Below, one piece after another: positions 1 to 11,336 of a stretch of DNA of 64,000 nucleotides; position 1 is the first letter of the stretch, and every line of letters begins with the position of its first letter. Source of the DNA: Callorhinchus milii (Eukaryota); contig NW_024704743.1 of assembly GCF_018977255.1 (NCBI RefSeq), positions 62,250,001 to 62,314,000 on the forward strand, in the 5' to 3' direction. Under the pieces are notes generated by a model. That model had not been told where the DNA came from and made no database searches. It saw only the letters and a list, made by a program, of their open reading frames with translations. Both the position numbers and the translations under genes were made by a program.

Positions 1-270
1 TGCAATAAAACACAGATTCAAGTTATCGGCACATTTATAAACTCTTGGAGCAGGAATGGGTAATTTGCTGGTGCAGTGATATACCTTGACAGAAAAGGAA
101 TAGTGGTTGGATCAGCACCCTACTGAGGTCTGACATTGCTGCCCACTTTGAGTCAGTATCTACACTTGACTTCTGAGCCAATTCCAAAAGTTGCTCTCTG
201 TAAAAACAATCATTTGTCAAAATCAATGACTAGGGCACAATTTACAGACTGTGAGTTCTGCTTTCTCAGC

Positions 271-368
271 TGTTAGATCTCTGATATATACTTCTGTACT
301 TGTTGTTAGATCTCTGATATATACTTCTGTACTTGTTAGATCTCTGATATATAGTTCTGTACTTGTTA
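271..368. repeat. Minisatellite, about 3 copies of a 30-33 bp unit
   Basis: Unit gttagatctctgatatatacttctgtactt repeated three times, nearly perfectly. Confidence 0.95.
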
Positions 369-809
369 TGATTGTAGAATTTTAAGTACAGTAATATTGC
401 AAATGGAGATATCATTTAACTCATTCCATTGAGTAGAAAACATCTACATGATTGTTATGTGCACTGTAGCCTAGCTGCCTCAGTTGTTGGAAACTATTAC
501 AAATGAATGATTTGTTTAATAGAAATAAATAATGACATTCTGAACACTATAATACAAAAACTGAATTCCATATGAATGAGTCATCAAAGTGTTTGTATAA
601 TCTCAGAGGTAATTTCTATTTACTCATTCAAAGTAATTATTATTCTGATATGCAATGTGAGAAAGCTTATTTTCCGATGACAAACCTTTGTATCCTTGAT
701 AAGACAGCAGGACAGACACATCTGATCTTCCCTGATGCCTATAAGCAAACACATAAAGATTCCTGTTCAATTATTCCCTTCTATTTAAAGCTCCGATCTG
801 CCAACAAAC

Positions 810-1000
810 ATTAACAGCATTTAAAAGGAAATTGGATAAATTCTTGAGGGAAAAATATATTGAGGAGTCTGGAAAAAGAGCAGGGAAAAAGGATTAAAAC
901 AGATCATTTGAGTGGGAGAGGGGGAGGGGGACTAGCAACAGCAGACACGTTGGGCCAAATTGCCTCCTTTTGTGCTATAAACATCTGTGATTCTATGATT
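810..1000 (+). mobile_element. CR1 LINE 3' end fragment
   Basis: gcatttaaaaggaaattggataaattcttg...gggccaaattgcctcc...gattctatgatt; CR1 3'UTR hairpin and ATTCTATG-type tail. Confidence 0.75.
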
Positions 1001-1123
1001 TCAAATACATGTTTTATTTTCCAATTTAATGTGAAAATATATTCACTGAATATCACACTTAAACGTTATAATTCTGCGATTTTTTAAATTCCTATCTTGT
1101 GGAGATCATTTCTTTTTCTCAGC

Positions 1124-1470
1124 TGAGTGTCTGACATGTGGAAACCCATCACCATATTTCAGAGTATCCAAACCAAACTGAGAATTCAATGCATCCCTGC
1201 AATGCAAGGAAATCCCCGAGATAGATTGTGGAATGGAATGCGCACTCTCTCCGTGGAGAGACACATCCTGCTTACCTAATTCTGGAAAGTTTTAGGAGCA
1301 GGTTGGCAAGAAACAAGGCTAAATTATGCATTGGGGTACTGCTGGATTCTGACCAGCAAAACCGCATAGCTTGCCATTGATATCACGTCTGGCAAGATTT
1401 TCTGCTGCTTTTGCAGCTAGGACTACCCTACCCGTTAGGGCTTTGGCTTGAAGGATTAACGGGAGTTGAG
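1124..1470 (+). repeat. Unclassified ~350-bp interspersed repeat, copy 1
   Basis: Aligns by eye along its whole length with 53551-53915 (for example atccaaaccaaactgagaattc and ggaatggaatgcgcactctctcc). Confidence 0.9.
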
Positions 1471-1707
1471 TGCAGATCAAACTCTGCAAGCATGTTTATG
1501 CATTTGGATATACCTAGTCTCCTTTCTTCCAATGCCAGACTATGTGATTCACTGGGATTAGGTGGGAGAATAGAGTTCACTGTAATTTGTGTCCAAACTT
1601 AAATTGCCGCAGAATTTAGTATTGATGAGCACAACTGAAACATTTCTTCAGCTTTTGACTAGTTTGTGAGTTTTTCTTCTCCACTTTTTCTCTTTATTTT
1701 ATACACA

Positions 1708-2070
1708 ATAGTAATCCCTGCATTTGATATAATACCTTTTTGTGTTATTGAAATATCACTAAGTGCTTCACAGGATTTACTCTAAAGTGTAATGACTGTG
1801 TGTTTTGTGGAAAACACAGCAGCCATTTTTTGTACAGCAATGTACAAACAAACCACCATGGAGTGAATGATCAATTTTATCTAGGGAATTGTTGGCCGGG
1901 ACACTGAGAGAAACTCTTGTTTTTACAAATAATGCCAAGGCATCTTATGGATATTAGCCTACAAAATACCCAGTCACTAACTACCCTTTACACTAAACCC
2001 TGGCGAGCATTTTGAGGTCTCCTCCTGACATGAAAGGCACTGTATCAAATGCAAGGATTATTATTAATAA
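1708..2070. mobile_element. Two DeuSINE-type 3' fragments in opposite orientation
   Basis: Minus-strand tail at ~1708-1945 and plus-strand tail at ~1957-2070 ending tcaaatgcaaggattattatt. Confidence 0.75.
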
Positions 2071-2081
2071 CAAGACATTAA

Positions 2082-2300
2082 TGGGGAGACATTTTGATTT
2101 GATTTGATTTCACAGCATCCAGAATTTGGCAAAATCTAAAATTTAGTTTCAATTTTGATACTGGTTTTCTGTGAGTTTTTTAAGAACTACAGAATACCAA
2201 CTTAAAAATTAATACTGAGTTCAACAATTTACCAAATTCTGTGTGCTCTGAAATGCTAAATAAATAGACTAAATGTAGAAACCCAGATGGAGTTTCTCTA
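2082..2300. mobile_element. Palindromic MITE-like element
   Basis: Arms tttcacagcatccagaatttggcaaaat / atttaccaaattctgtgtgctctgaaa and tggttttctgtgagtt / aactacagaatacca are reverse complements. The right end recurs at ~43795-43852. Confidence 0.7.
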
Positions 2301-3439
2301 CAGCTGTCACCCATTGCACATTGATATTGTCATGCAATGACACTTGAACCTATACAGAAGTACTGCATTCATATTGAACTAATTGTGCATAAACCAGACT
2401 GTTGCATCTCTAAAGAAAAAATATTTATTATATTTTCAACCTATGTATTTCTAAGCCCATCTCAAGCAAGTGGACTACAAATAACAAAACCTTGTCATCA
2501 CAATAAGATTTTAAAAAATCAGAAAGATTTTTGTGCTATCTCCCTGTAACCCCCTGAACCCTCACCTGCCAGCTACATCCTTCTAGTCAAACTGACGGTA
2601 CCATCTCTTAAAATCAATGTATAATTAATCCACGACTTTGAGAAGTGGTTCAGAGTCATTCAAATGCTTCTCTCTCTTTCGCAAGAGGCCTCAGGTGGTT
2701 GTCAAATGTGACACTTTTCTCTTTCCTCCACTTCCAGTAAGGCTTGTTGTCAATGCTGTTTAACAGGTGGCTGTTTAGATTTCCAAGTCTCCACAATGAA
2801 TTTCCTTCCTCTTAGAAATGAAACGCTAACAAATGTTTCCTGGATCGCTTTTCATGATTCAAAGAAATTACCAACAATGCACAAATCTCGGGGCACTGCA
2901 GAATGGGTGTAGCCATTGAAAACAATGTCATTTGATTTTCATTGCAAATGATAAGAATTGCGTAGCACATGATAAAATAACATTTTAATTAGAAAACAGT
3001 TTACTTTTTGTAACAATCATGGAGACTGACAGCTCAGCAGCAGGGTGGAATGTGGGCCAGGGGCTTATTCTGACATTGGATAAACTACACAGAAACTAGC
3101 TGGATGTGTGTCAGGTAAACTGAGCCAAATCACACAGTGGCAGATGGCTTGGACCAGACTAAAGCTCACATTAGAAACAAATTTCTAGCCTTATTAAATA
3201 ATTTGTCATTTGAATGTTCTATCTTATTAACATAGTTAGTGGATTAAAAAACAATAATGCATCATCTCATTATGACTAAATATGGTGATGAAGATAGCAG
3301 CAGCTAATCAGTTATAATTCATAGATATATTATTTTATATTAGCTGCTTCCTTGGGGATGCAACAGAGAGGCTTCCTCCGGCCCATTTGCAAAGTCCAGG
3401 ATCAAGCAGCGATCTGGATTTGTGGCAAACACTGGAAGT

Positions 3440-3960
3440 GCCACCAGGAAGTGAGGGCTCCAGCCGACACTGACCTGTCGCTAAGCACTCTGGAGGCACA
3501 GTCTATTTGCCGAGGCCCCCACACGAGGACCTGGATTGAGCTCTTTGTAAGCTTTTTGATGCTGAGTAAGCCTGAAACGCGGCATTGGACTTGGACCTCA
3601 AGAACATCAAGGTGGCTGGTATATCATAAGATGTTGTGTAAAGGTCCTCCCACCATGCTGAAGGCATGTGCCCACCAGATAGCTGATGAAAAACTCTGAG
3701 GCTTGGGGTTGCTGGAAGGCATTACCTGCAGTGCGAGTTTGTGAACATGCGTTTATACGTTCAGCGTCTGGAACTCACCTTAATTGGCCGGCAGAGAAGC
3801 AAATAGCTGCTGCTTAAACTCCGCACTTCCAATTGGTGGAACCATCGCTCAATGGGAAGTGATGTGTGTCTGAGCTGCGGACAGGAAGCAATGTGGCAAT
3901 GCTCTCACCCATTTCATGCTCAGCTATGTTGCCCACAAAGAAATTCGCAGGGAGTTCCTG
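3440..3960 (-). mobile_element. Possible highly decayed RTE-clade LINE fragment
   Basis: GC-richer block. Minus-strand translation across frameshifts gives EMGESIA, LEV, GEFQTL, NAFQQ, WED, DVLE, GLLSI in the order expected for the RTE ORF C-terminal region. Weak. Confidence 0.3.
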
Positions 3961-5180
3961 ATACCTGCCATCCAACCAGTGAGGGCTCAAACCTGCACTT
4001 GTCAGATGTCAAATAACCAACTAGTGACTATTCACATTGGGACAGAGATAAACAGGATCTCCTTGGTCCTGAACTGGAATGTCAGAATCGAGCCCACGCT
4101 CTGTGACGGTCTCGGTAGTCCAATTCCTGAGCCAGGCAGGTCCGCAGTACTCCAGGGCACTGCTGATGACAGTACAGCACAACCTGGCTCATTGGCAGGA
4201 CTTGAAATGGCAGACCATTTGCTGATGGTAGGGACTAGACTAGACTCTAGTAGTACTCCAACAGACACTCTGGGGTCCCCAAGTATAAATTGTGTCTAAT
4301 ACTATTTCAAATTAGTTGAGCAGGATATGTCCCCCCAGGGAGAGACTACGCATTTCAGTTTTAACCTAATTTCTTGTTCTACTCTCACTGTCTATCAAAT
4401 AGTATGGTTACAAATGTACCATGTATGTCTCAAATGTTTTGAAAAACCCAGATCATGTCCCCCTCATCTTCCATCTTTATTCTCGTGAGAACATGTTCTG
4501 ATCAATTATCTTCCATTCATAATTTAGAGTCCACAATTGCAGAATCATCTTGTTTTGTCTTCTCTAGACCAATGACTCAATGTCATTTTGAAGGTAAGTT
4601 ATCGAACATACACTTAATATTGATACAGAATTAAAATGTCACAGCAGACAAATAACTCATTCAACTCATTCAGTCTGTGCTTGTGTTTTCCTCCGCATGA
4701 GCTATCTAATCTAATCTCACTCTCATGCTCACTCCCAGTACCCTCGTTTTCAAGTGTGAGTATTAATACTGCAATTGTGACATGTCTGCAACATTTATTT
4801 AGAGGAAAACATTCAAGAAATTCTTGCTGTGTTTAGTAAATCTGCAGTAGCTTTCACAGGGCACAAGATCCAATGTCAGTCAGAGGAATATTTCTTTGTA
4901 AAACACCACCACATGCAAATGAATAGAACCTGCATATGAGAAATATCACTAATGTTTTTTTTTACTTTTTTACCTCTATGAATAGACCTTTGCAAGAAAA
5001 AAAACCTAAGGATTCAAATGATCACTTTAAAATGAGTTTCTGAGCAAAGATACAATGAATCAATTGCTTTAAGATGATGAAATTTGACATGCCAGTGCTC
5101 CAAAGCGGGGAAGGGATCAGACATTGGGCACCTTTGTCCGTAGATTTTCACATGATTCCTCTCACACAAAGTATAAGCAT

Positions 5181-5495
5181 ATAATAATAATCCTTGCATT
5201 TGATATAGCGCTTTTCACGTCTTCTAGACGTCCCAAAGCGCTTCACAGAATGTACTGTAAAGTGAATTGACTATATTTGTGGGCGAACGTGGCAGCCAAT
5301 TGCGCACAGTAATGTCCCACAAACAGTCATGGTTAGAAAATGAACAATTTATTATTGTTTTGTTTTTTGGAGGGATTATTATTAGGCGTGTGGAGTAAGG
5401 AAACTTGCCCAAGGTTTCGCCCTCTGCCTGGAATTGAACTCAGGTCTCTCACTTGCAAAGCGAGTGCTCTAACCACTGAGCTATAGGACTCCACA
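5181..5495 (-). mobile_element. tRNA-derived SINE, short form, full length
   Basis: Minus strand: tgtggagtcctatagctcagtggttagagcac head with A and B boxes, a Deu-type 3' body and an (ATT)n tail. Confidence 0.93.
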
Positions 5496-5496
5496 T

Positions 5497-5800
5497 GTCA
5501 GCCTGGCTCAGGGGTAGCACTTTTGCCTCTAAGTCAGAAGGTTGTGGTTTCAAGCCACATGTCGGGACCTGGAGTCTAAGATGACATTCCAATGCAATGC
5601 TCCATATGTGCTGCATTGTCGGAGGTGCCATCCTTCAGATGAGACATTAAAATCAAGTCAGTTGGACAATAAAAGATACAATGGCACTATTCAAAAAGAG
5701 AAGGGAGTTTCTCCCAGTGTCCTGACCAACAATCTCCAAGTAAAAATTGGTCATTTACTTGATAGCTGTTTGTTAACTTCATGACATTGCTGCTGCACAA
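5497..5800 (+). mobile_element. DeuSINE (SacSINE1/AmnSINE1-like), head plus Deu domain
   Basis: gcctggctcaggggtagcacttttgcctctaagtcagaagg head, then gctgcattgtcggaggtgccatccttcagatgagacattaaa...gggagtttctcccagtgtcctgacc, matching the recalled Deu-domain consensus. Confidence 0.85.
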
Positions 5801-6839
5801 ATTGAGATTAATATTTAATAAAATCATAGAAATTTACAGCACATAAGAAGGTCATTCAGTACATCCTGTCTGTGCCAGCTTTTTTAAAGAGCAATCCTTT
5901 CAGTGGCATTTACCCGTGTTTTCGCTAAACTCATGTCGTCCATTATTCAACCCATTATTGAGATCCTTCTTGAAACGCAGACAGACATTGTCGTTTTATA
6001 GTATAAGATATTATATAGTAATAATAATCCTTGCCTTATCACGTCTTTAAGACATCTCAAAGCGCTTCACAGAATATAAAGTGAATATTATATATCACAC
6101 GTATTATCTCTTTACTTTTTACTAAATTAACTTTAATTCTATCTCTGTGGAACACAAGTTGGTTGCTATGCCACATGGTCATTTTCTCATACTCATCCAA
6201 AGAGGCAATGAAGCACAAAATAGACATCTCATTATGGCGCTGTTATCTTGATCCTTAGAGAACCCTTGCAAAAATCACTCGGATTTACACTGAACGATTA
6301 TAGACTTTGCAATTTTTGTTTTCAAAATTTGTTTCATTCAATGTGGTAAGTAACTCAGTAAGTTCAGCCTCTCATGCAGCTTGTGCCCATTTATGTGAAG
6401 TGGTCTGTAGAGACGCATGTCAAGCCTCTACACTTATTAAATTCAGCAGCGGAGCTCAGTGTCTTGTCCCAAAACACATCCGTATTTTAACTAGAAGGAA
6501 AAATATGCAGCATGTAATCTGATCATTACTAAGGGTAATAATTGTCACAAAACAACTACAGAAAGTTACAGCAGAATTTGGTATCATGTGTTTCACAGTA
6601 AATTTGGGACTTTATAACTGTTACCCCATTGACTCTTGGACAACTGATTCCCCTCCAACCCGTTAAGAACTGTCTTGGTACCACATTTGATTTTAATATA
6701 ACAACAAAATCTTTGTTTTGATTCCTTGTTGCTGTGTCTGAATTTTAAACTTTAAAGGTTACATTTTTATTGTTAAAAATATTTTGGGGCCAACGTGTGG
6801 GTTAACAAAATGCCCCACTCTCTCTGATTCAAGAGAAAC

Positions 6840-7172
6840 ATAATCCTTGCAACTGATATAGAGACGTACCATGTCGTGGAAACATCTCAAAACGCTTCAC
6901 AGGATTTTACTGTAAAATGTTGTGACTGTGTATTTTGTAGGAGAATGTGGCACCCAATTTGTGCTCAAGAATATGCCACAAACAGCCACAAAGTGAATGG
7001 CCAGGATACCGGGAGAAAGTCCTATCTATTTTTGAGTACTACCATGGGATCTTTAATGTCCACAAGAACAGGCAGACAGCAGTTTGATTTAACGTCTCAT
7101 CGATATTTGTGCACCTCCGACAATACAGCACTCCCCCATTTTTGCACTGGAGTGTCAGCCTAGATTATGAGC
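6840..7172 (-). mobile_element. DeuSINE fragment
   Basis: Reverse complement of the Deu domain and tail (ccatgggatctttaatgtccac; cacctccgacaatacagcactccc). Confidence 0.85.
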
Positions 7173-7397
7173 ATTTATTTAAAAAAATCCCAATTCTTAT
7201 GATCTTTGATCACGCGTTCAATAACATATTTGATAATTATAAAATGTGTTGAGAAATGTCACATTTTTCATCCAATCATGGAATAATAAATGTTTGATTA
7301 AAAATACATTAACAGAGGTAATAAACTCTCCTGAGATATTCACCAAACCAGAAATCAGCATTTAAAGAGGAAGTGTAGCTCTTGCAAAGTGAATCAT

Positions 7398-7930
7398 CAT
7401 AATAATAATCCTTACATTTGATATAACGCCTTATCACATCTTTGAGATATCTCAAAGCGCTTCACAGCATATATTGTAAAGTGAATTGACGGGATATTTG
7501 TGGGCGAAACGCGGTAGCCAATTGTACATAGCAGTGTCCCACAAACAGTCATGGATTGAAGTGACCAACATATTATGATTTTTTTTGAAGGAATCTTTCT
7601 CCTGTAGTTTATTCCTTTTTAGGTATTCATCTAGTTCCCTTCTGAAAGCCAATATGGATTCTATTTGAACCACAGCTGCCAATTATTATATGCGTTAAAA
7701 AAAATCTATCCTAACCTTCCCATTTTCTCATTTACTTACTATCTATATTTGATGGCCTCTAGTTACTGGCTCACCAACCAGTTGAAGTAATTTCTCTCTA
7801 TTGAGTCCATCAAACCATCATAATTTTAAAGACCTCTGTCACCCCTCAAACTTCTTTGTTCCAATGGAAAAATTCCCATCAGTCTCTGTTCATCAGCCAA
7901 ACTATTCACCCCAGTATCATCCTAGTAAGC
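7398..7930 (-). mobile_element. SINE 3' fragment (7398-7590) followed by a decayed CR1 fragment (7590-7930)
   Basis: SINE tail aataataatccttacatttgata; the CR1 part translates as ILAFRRELDEYLKRNKLQ on the minus strand. Confidence 0.75.
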
Positions 7931-9055
7931 TTCCTCTCGATAGTTAGGAAGCAAGAAAAATGGAGTAAAAAGGGGAAATGGGGTCAAAAGAGCTGCCATG
8001 ATCTAATAAACCAATGAACATGTTTGGGTCTGAATGATCTCCTGCTGCTATGTATTGATTGGAATATGTCAGTTGAAGCTAATTCACATTGTCTGTGTAA
8101 AGTTCAGTTGGATGGTACTCTCCTTTCCTCCTGGGTGCGAAAGCTTCTTTTTCTGCAGAGGTCATCCTCTTACATAGAATTACATAGACTGATATAGCAT
8201 TGAAAACAATCCATTCGTCCACACTAGTCAGTGACAATGTTTATGCTCCACATGAGCTTCCACCTGTCCTGATCCCTTCTCCTATCCCTTCTGTTCCCTT
8301 CTTCTTCAGGTAAACCGAGTTTCACATATATAGTCCATCTACCTACTTATGAAAACTTCTCTAGTTTCCACTAGATGCTGAGCCATTTTCACTATCAGAG
8401 TGAAACTGTATTCCTCTTTGAGTTTTTTTATAGATCTCATGCATTTAGTGTAAATTTAGTCTAAATCTGACCTGGATTTAACATTCAAGATAATCCTGTT
8501 ATCATCATAACCCTGCATCGAGGATACAGATGGCTCTAAATTAATTTGTCAATCAAAATTAACACCAGCATTTATCATGCAATACAAGCCGCAGCCCAAC
8601 AGTAAATATCCCACTGACATAATGACTGGCAATTTTCAGAGAATAAATATGGTTACAGCTGATGGCAATTTCACTTCCATGTTACTGACTGACATCAAGT
8701 GGGAAACCTAGCCTATCCCCAGTTTTCCTTTCTGATCTTAGCTGCTTCCTTAACTGTACCAGGCAATCTTCTGGTGCTGCCCTTCTTCATCTCCAGGTTG
8801 AATCCTGATATCTATAAACCTTATGAAAGCTCATTTGCCTACAAAATATACAGTCACTATACTTTACACTAAATCCAGTGAAGCTGTTTGAGATGACCTC
8901 CCAACATGAAAAACACTATATCAAATGTACGGATTACTATTATTATAAATCCTTTGCAAATTTAGATTATAATTCCAGCACTTTAGCTGCAGAAGATCTG
9001 CTATTGTTCATTCATGTTGTAAGGGTGCTTTGAGTCACAAACATATTGCTCATAA

Positions 9056-9372
9056 AAATAATCCTTGCATTTGAGATAGCGCCTTATGATGTCTTCAAAG
9101 TGATTCACAGAATATGCTGTAAAGTGAATTGTCTGTATATTTTGTGGGCGAAACGCGGCAGCCAATTGCGCACAGCAGTGTCCCACAAACAGTCGTGGAT
9201 TGAGTGACTAAATTACTATTATTTATTTTGGAGGAAAAGCGATCTGCTAGTCGACTAACAACTGGGTTCCTATTTACTATTAGGTAAACAGAAGCATGTG
9301 GAGTAAGGAAACTTGCCCAATATTTCGCCCTGCTGGGAATGAAACCCAGGTGAGTGCTCTAACCACTGAGTT
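9056..9372 (-). mobile_element. tRNA-derived SINE, long form
   Basis: Same head and tail as the short form, plus the internal segment gggttcctatttactattaggtaaacagaag. Confidence 0.88.
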
Positions 9373-9394
9373 AATGCAATGTCTCAACAACATT

Positions 9395-9600
9395 TCTTTT
9401 TATGGAAGGTGGTGCGAATGTGGAATTCTCTGCCACACACCAGAGTCGAAACAAAGTCTATAGATTATTTAAATGCCAGTGAATAGATTTTTGAAAGAAG
9501 AAGAACATAAAAGAGTATTGGAAATGAGCAGAAGAGTGGGACTAGAGAAAAAGATCAGCACAGACTTGATAAGTCAAATGACCTGCTTCTATGTTTATGC
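9395..9600 (+). mobile_element. CR1 LINE 3' fragment
   Basis: ggtggtgcgaatgtggaattctctgccac...gaatagatttttg...gtcaaatgacctgcttctatg. Confidence 0.7.
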
Positions 9601-11207
9601 AATTTTCTGATAACATCTCCTCTTGCTCATTTAGACTGGTACAGCCCCATTTTAAATTTTAACCCTTTAGTTTTACAATGGGCAAAATGTGATGTTCATA
9701 ATGGATTTACTTTGACAATCAAGAAACATTGCACTTTTCTTCCCAATATTAAAAGTGAAGAAAAAATACAGTTTTTTTAATTTTGCATCCCTGCACTGAA
9801 ATAAGTTTCAAATGATTTCTGTGCTGAACAAGAAAGTTAGTTGAAAGTATCAAACCCATTTAAAGTACTAAACCTAGATATAGATAGATGGGAGCAATTT
9901 GGTAGTGAGTCCTCTGAGACAATTTAAGGAATTCGGGTGATTAATCTCATGAATCTTAACGAACTATAATTGAAAGTGTATCTTAAATAAAAGTAGTGCT
10001 GCATTAGACCCTATGACTCCAAAGTAATTGTGCTGTGCTTCATTTTCAAATATTTATTTGCATTTGAAGATATAAAAAATACACAGAATCATTTCAGTAA
10101 TATCTTAAGCAATCAAAGTGGAAAAATAGTGAAGTAGTGAGATTTCTCACTGCAATCTTTGGTAAGCAAGGATGTATCACTTCCATATCACAGTAAGGTT
10201 CAAATTCAAAGAAACACTTTATAGTCTTTCCATTGTCACAAGGAGCATTGTTAAGATTCCCACTTTTAACGAGAATCTCTAAATCTTTCCAGCTCACAGC
10301 CTCACTCTCTACTTTGAAACCCTTCTAAAACCTCCCACTGCACCTTTGGGCATCTCCCTCCTACCTTTCCCCCACTCTCCCATGTTCCACCCTTCTTGAG
10401 CTCCCACTTCATCTCTGGATGGCACTTTGAGACATTTAGCCATGTAATTATGCGATATATAAGATCTAGATTTGTTGCTATAAATCTTTTTGAATTGCAA
10501 ATCTATGCACATTAATGACCAGTACAAACCCAGGATGAGAATTTTTATGATAAATTAAAACGTAAGTAAGAACCATTATACTGTTCTGCAATCCAAAGAG
10601 TGAACTAAGGACAATATATTTCACTTACTTTATTTATTTGAAAAATGTAACTTTTTTTACTCAACAACACGAGTTTGTGTTTATGTAGGGCCTTTCACGC
10701 ACAGTAGTGTCTCAGTGGTTACTCGGGTTAATGTGACTTATTTTGCGGATGTTTTGTACATTCAGCTTGGTGGGAGGAAGAGAAATCGTGATATTCACAA
10801 CTATTTACAGTGAGTCTAACAGCTTGTCCTCATGCTAACAAAACTCACCCAACTGAGGCAAATGAACCTGAATGACAGACAACTCCAGGAGTCATTTCAT
10901 CCTAATATAGGCCACCTTCCCTTCTGTTATCATTTTTATTTCCTGTAGAAAAGCATGAATTTGCATAATATTCAGAAAATATAAACATACAAGATCCCTT
11001 GTAGATTTAAATATATTGTGGTCATTTCCGCAGTTGCTACTTAGCCTATATTGATGAAATGAATTTGTGAGAATTTAAGAATATATTTCAATTATTCCTA
11101 CATTTTTCTGCTCCCAACTGAGAGCCCAGTTGGAGTAGAAATTAAAAGCATAAATCACTTTTTTAAGTTGGAAGATAAACTCCATTTTCATATTTTTCTC
11201 TTCTATA

Positions 11208-11336
11208 AAAAGGCGAATATGGTCTTGAGCTTCATATCCAGAGGGATAGAACATAAAAGTGAGGAGGTGATGTTGAATATATACAAAACTTTGGTTAGAC
11301 CACATTTGGAGTTTTGTGTCCAATTCTGCTCTCCAC
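11208..11336 (+). mobile_element. CR1 LINE ORF2 fragment, left part, interrupted by an L2
   Basis: Encodes KANMVLSFISRGIEHKSEEVMLNIYKTLVRPHLEFCVQFCSP, a typical CR1 ORF2 C-terminal region. Confidence 0.92.

Noticed and set aside
271..368. CRISPR-like array
   Set aside because: Head-to-tail repeats without unique spacers, in a vertebrate genome.
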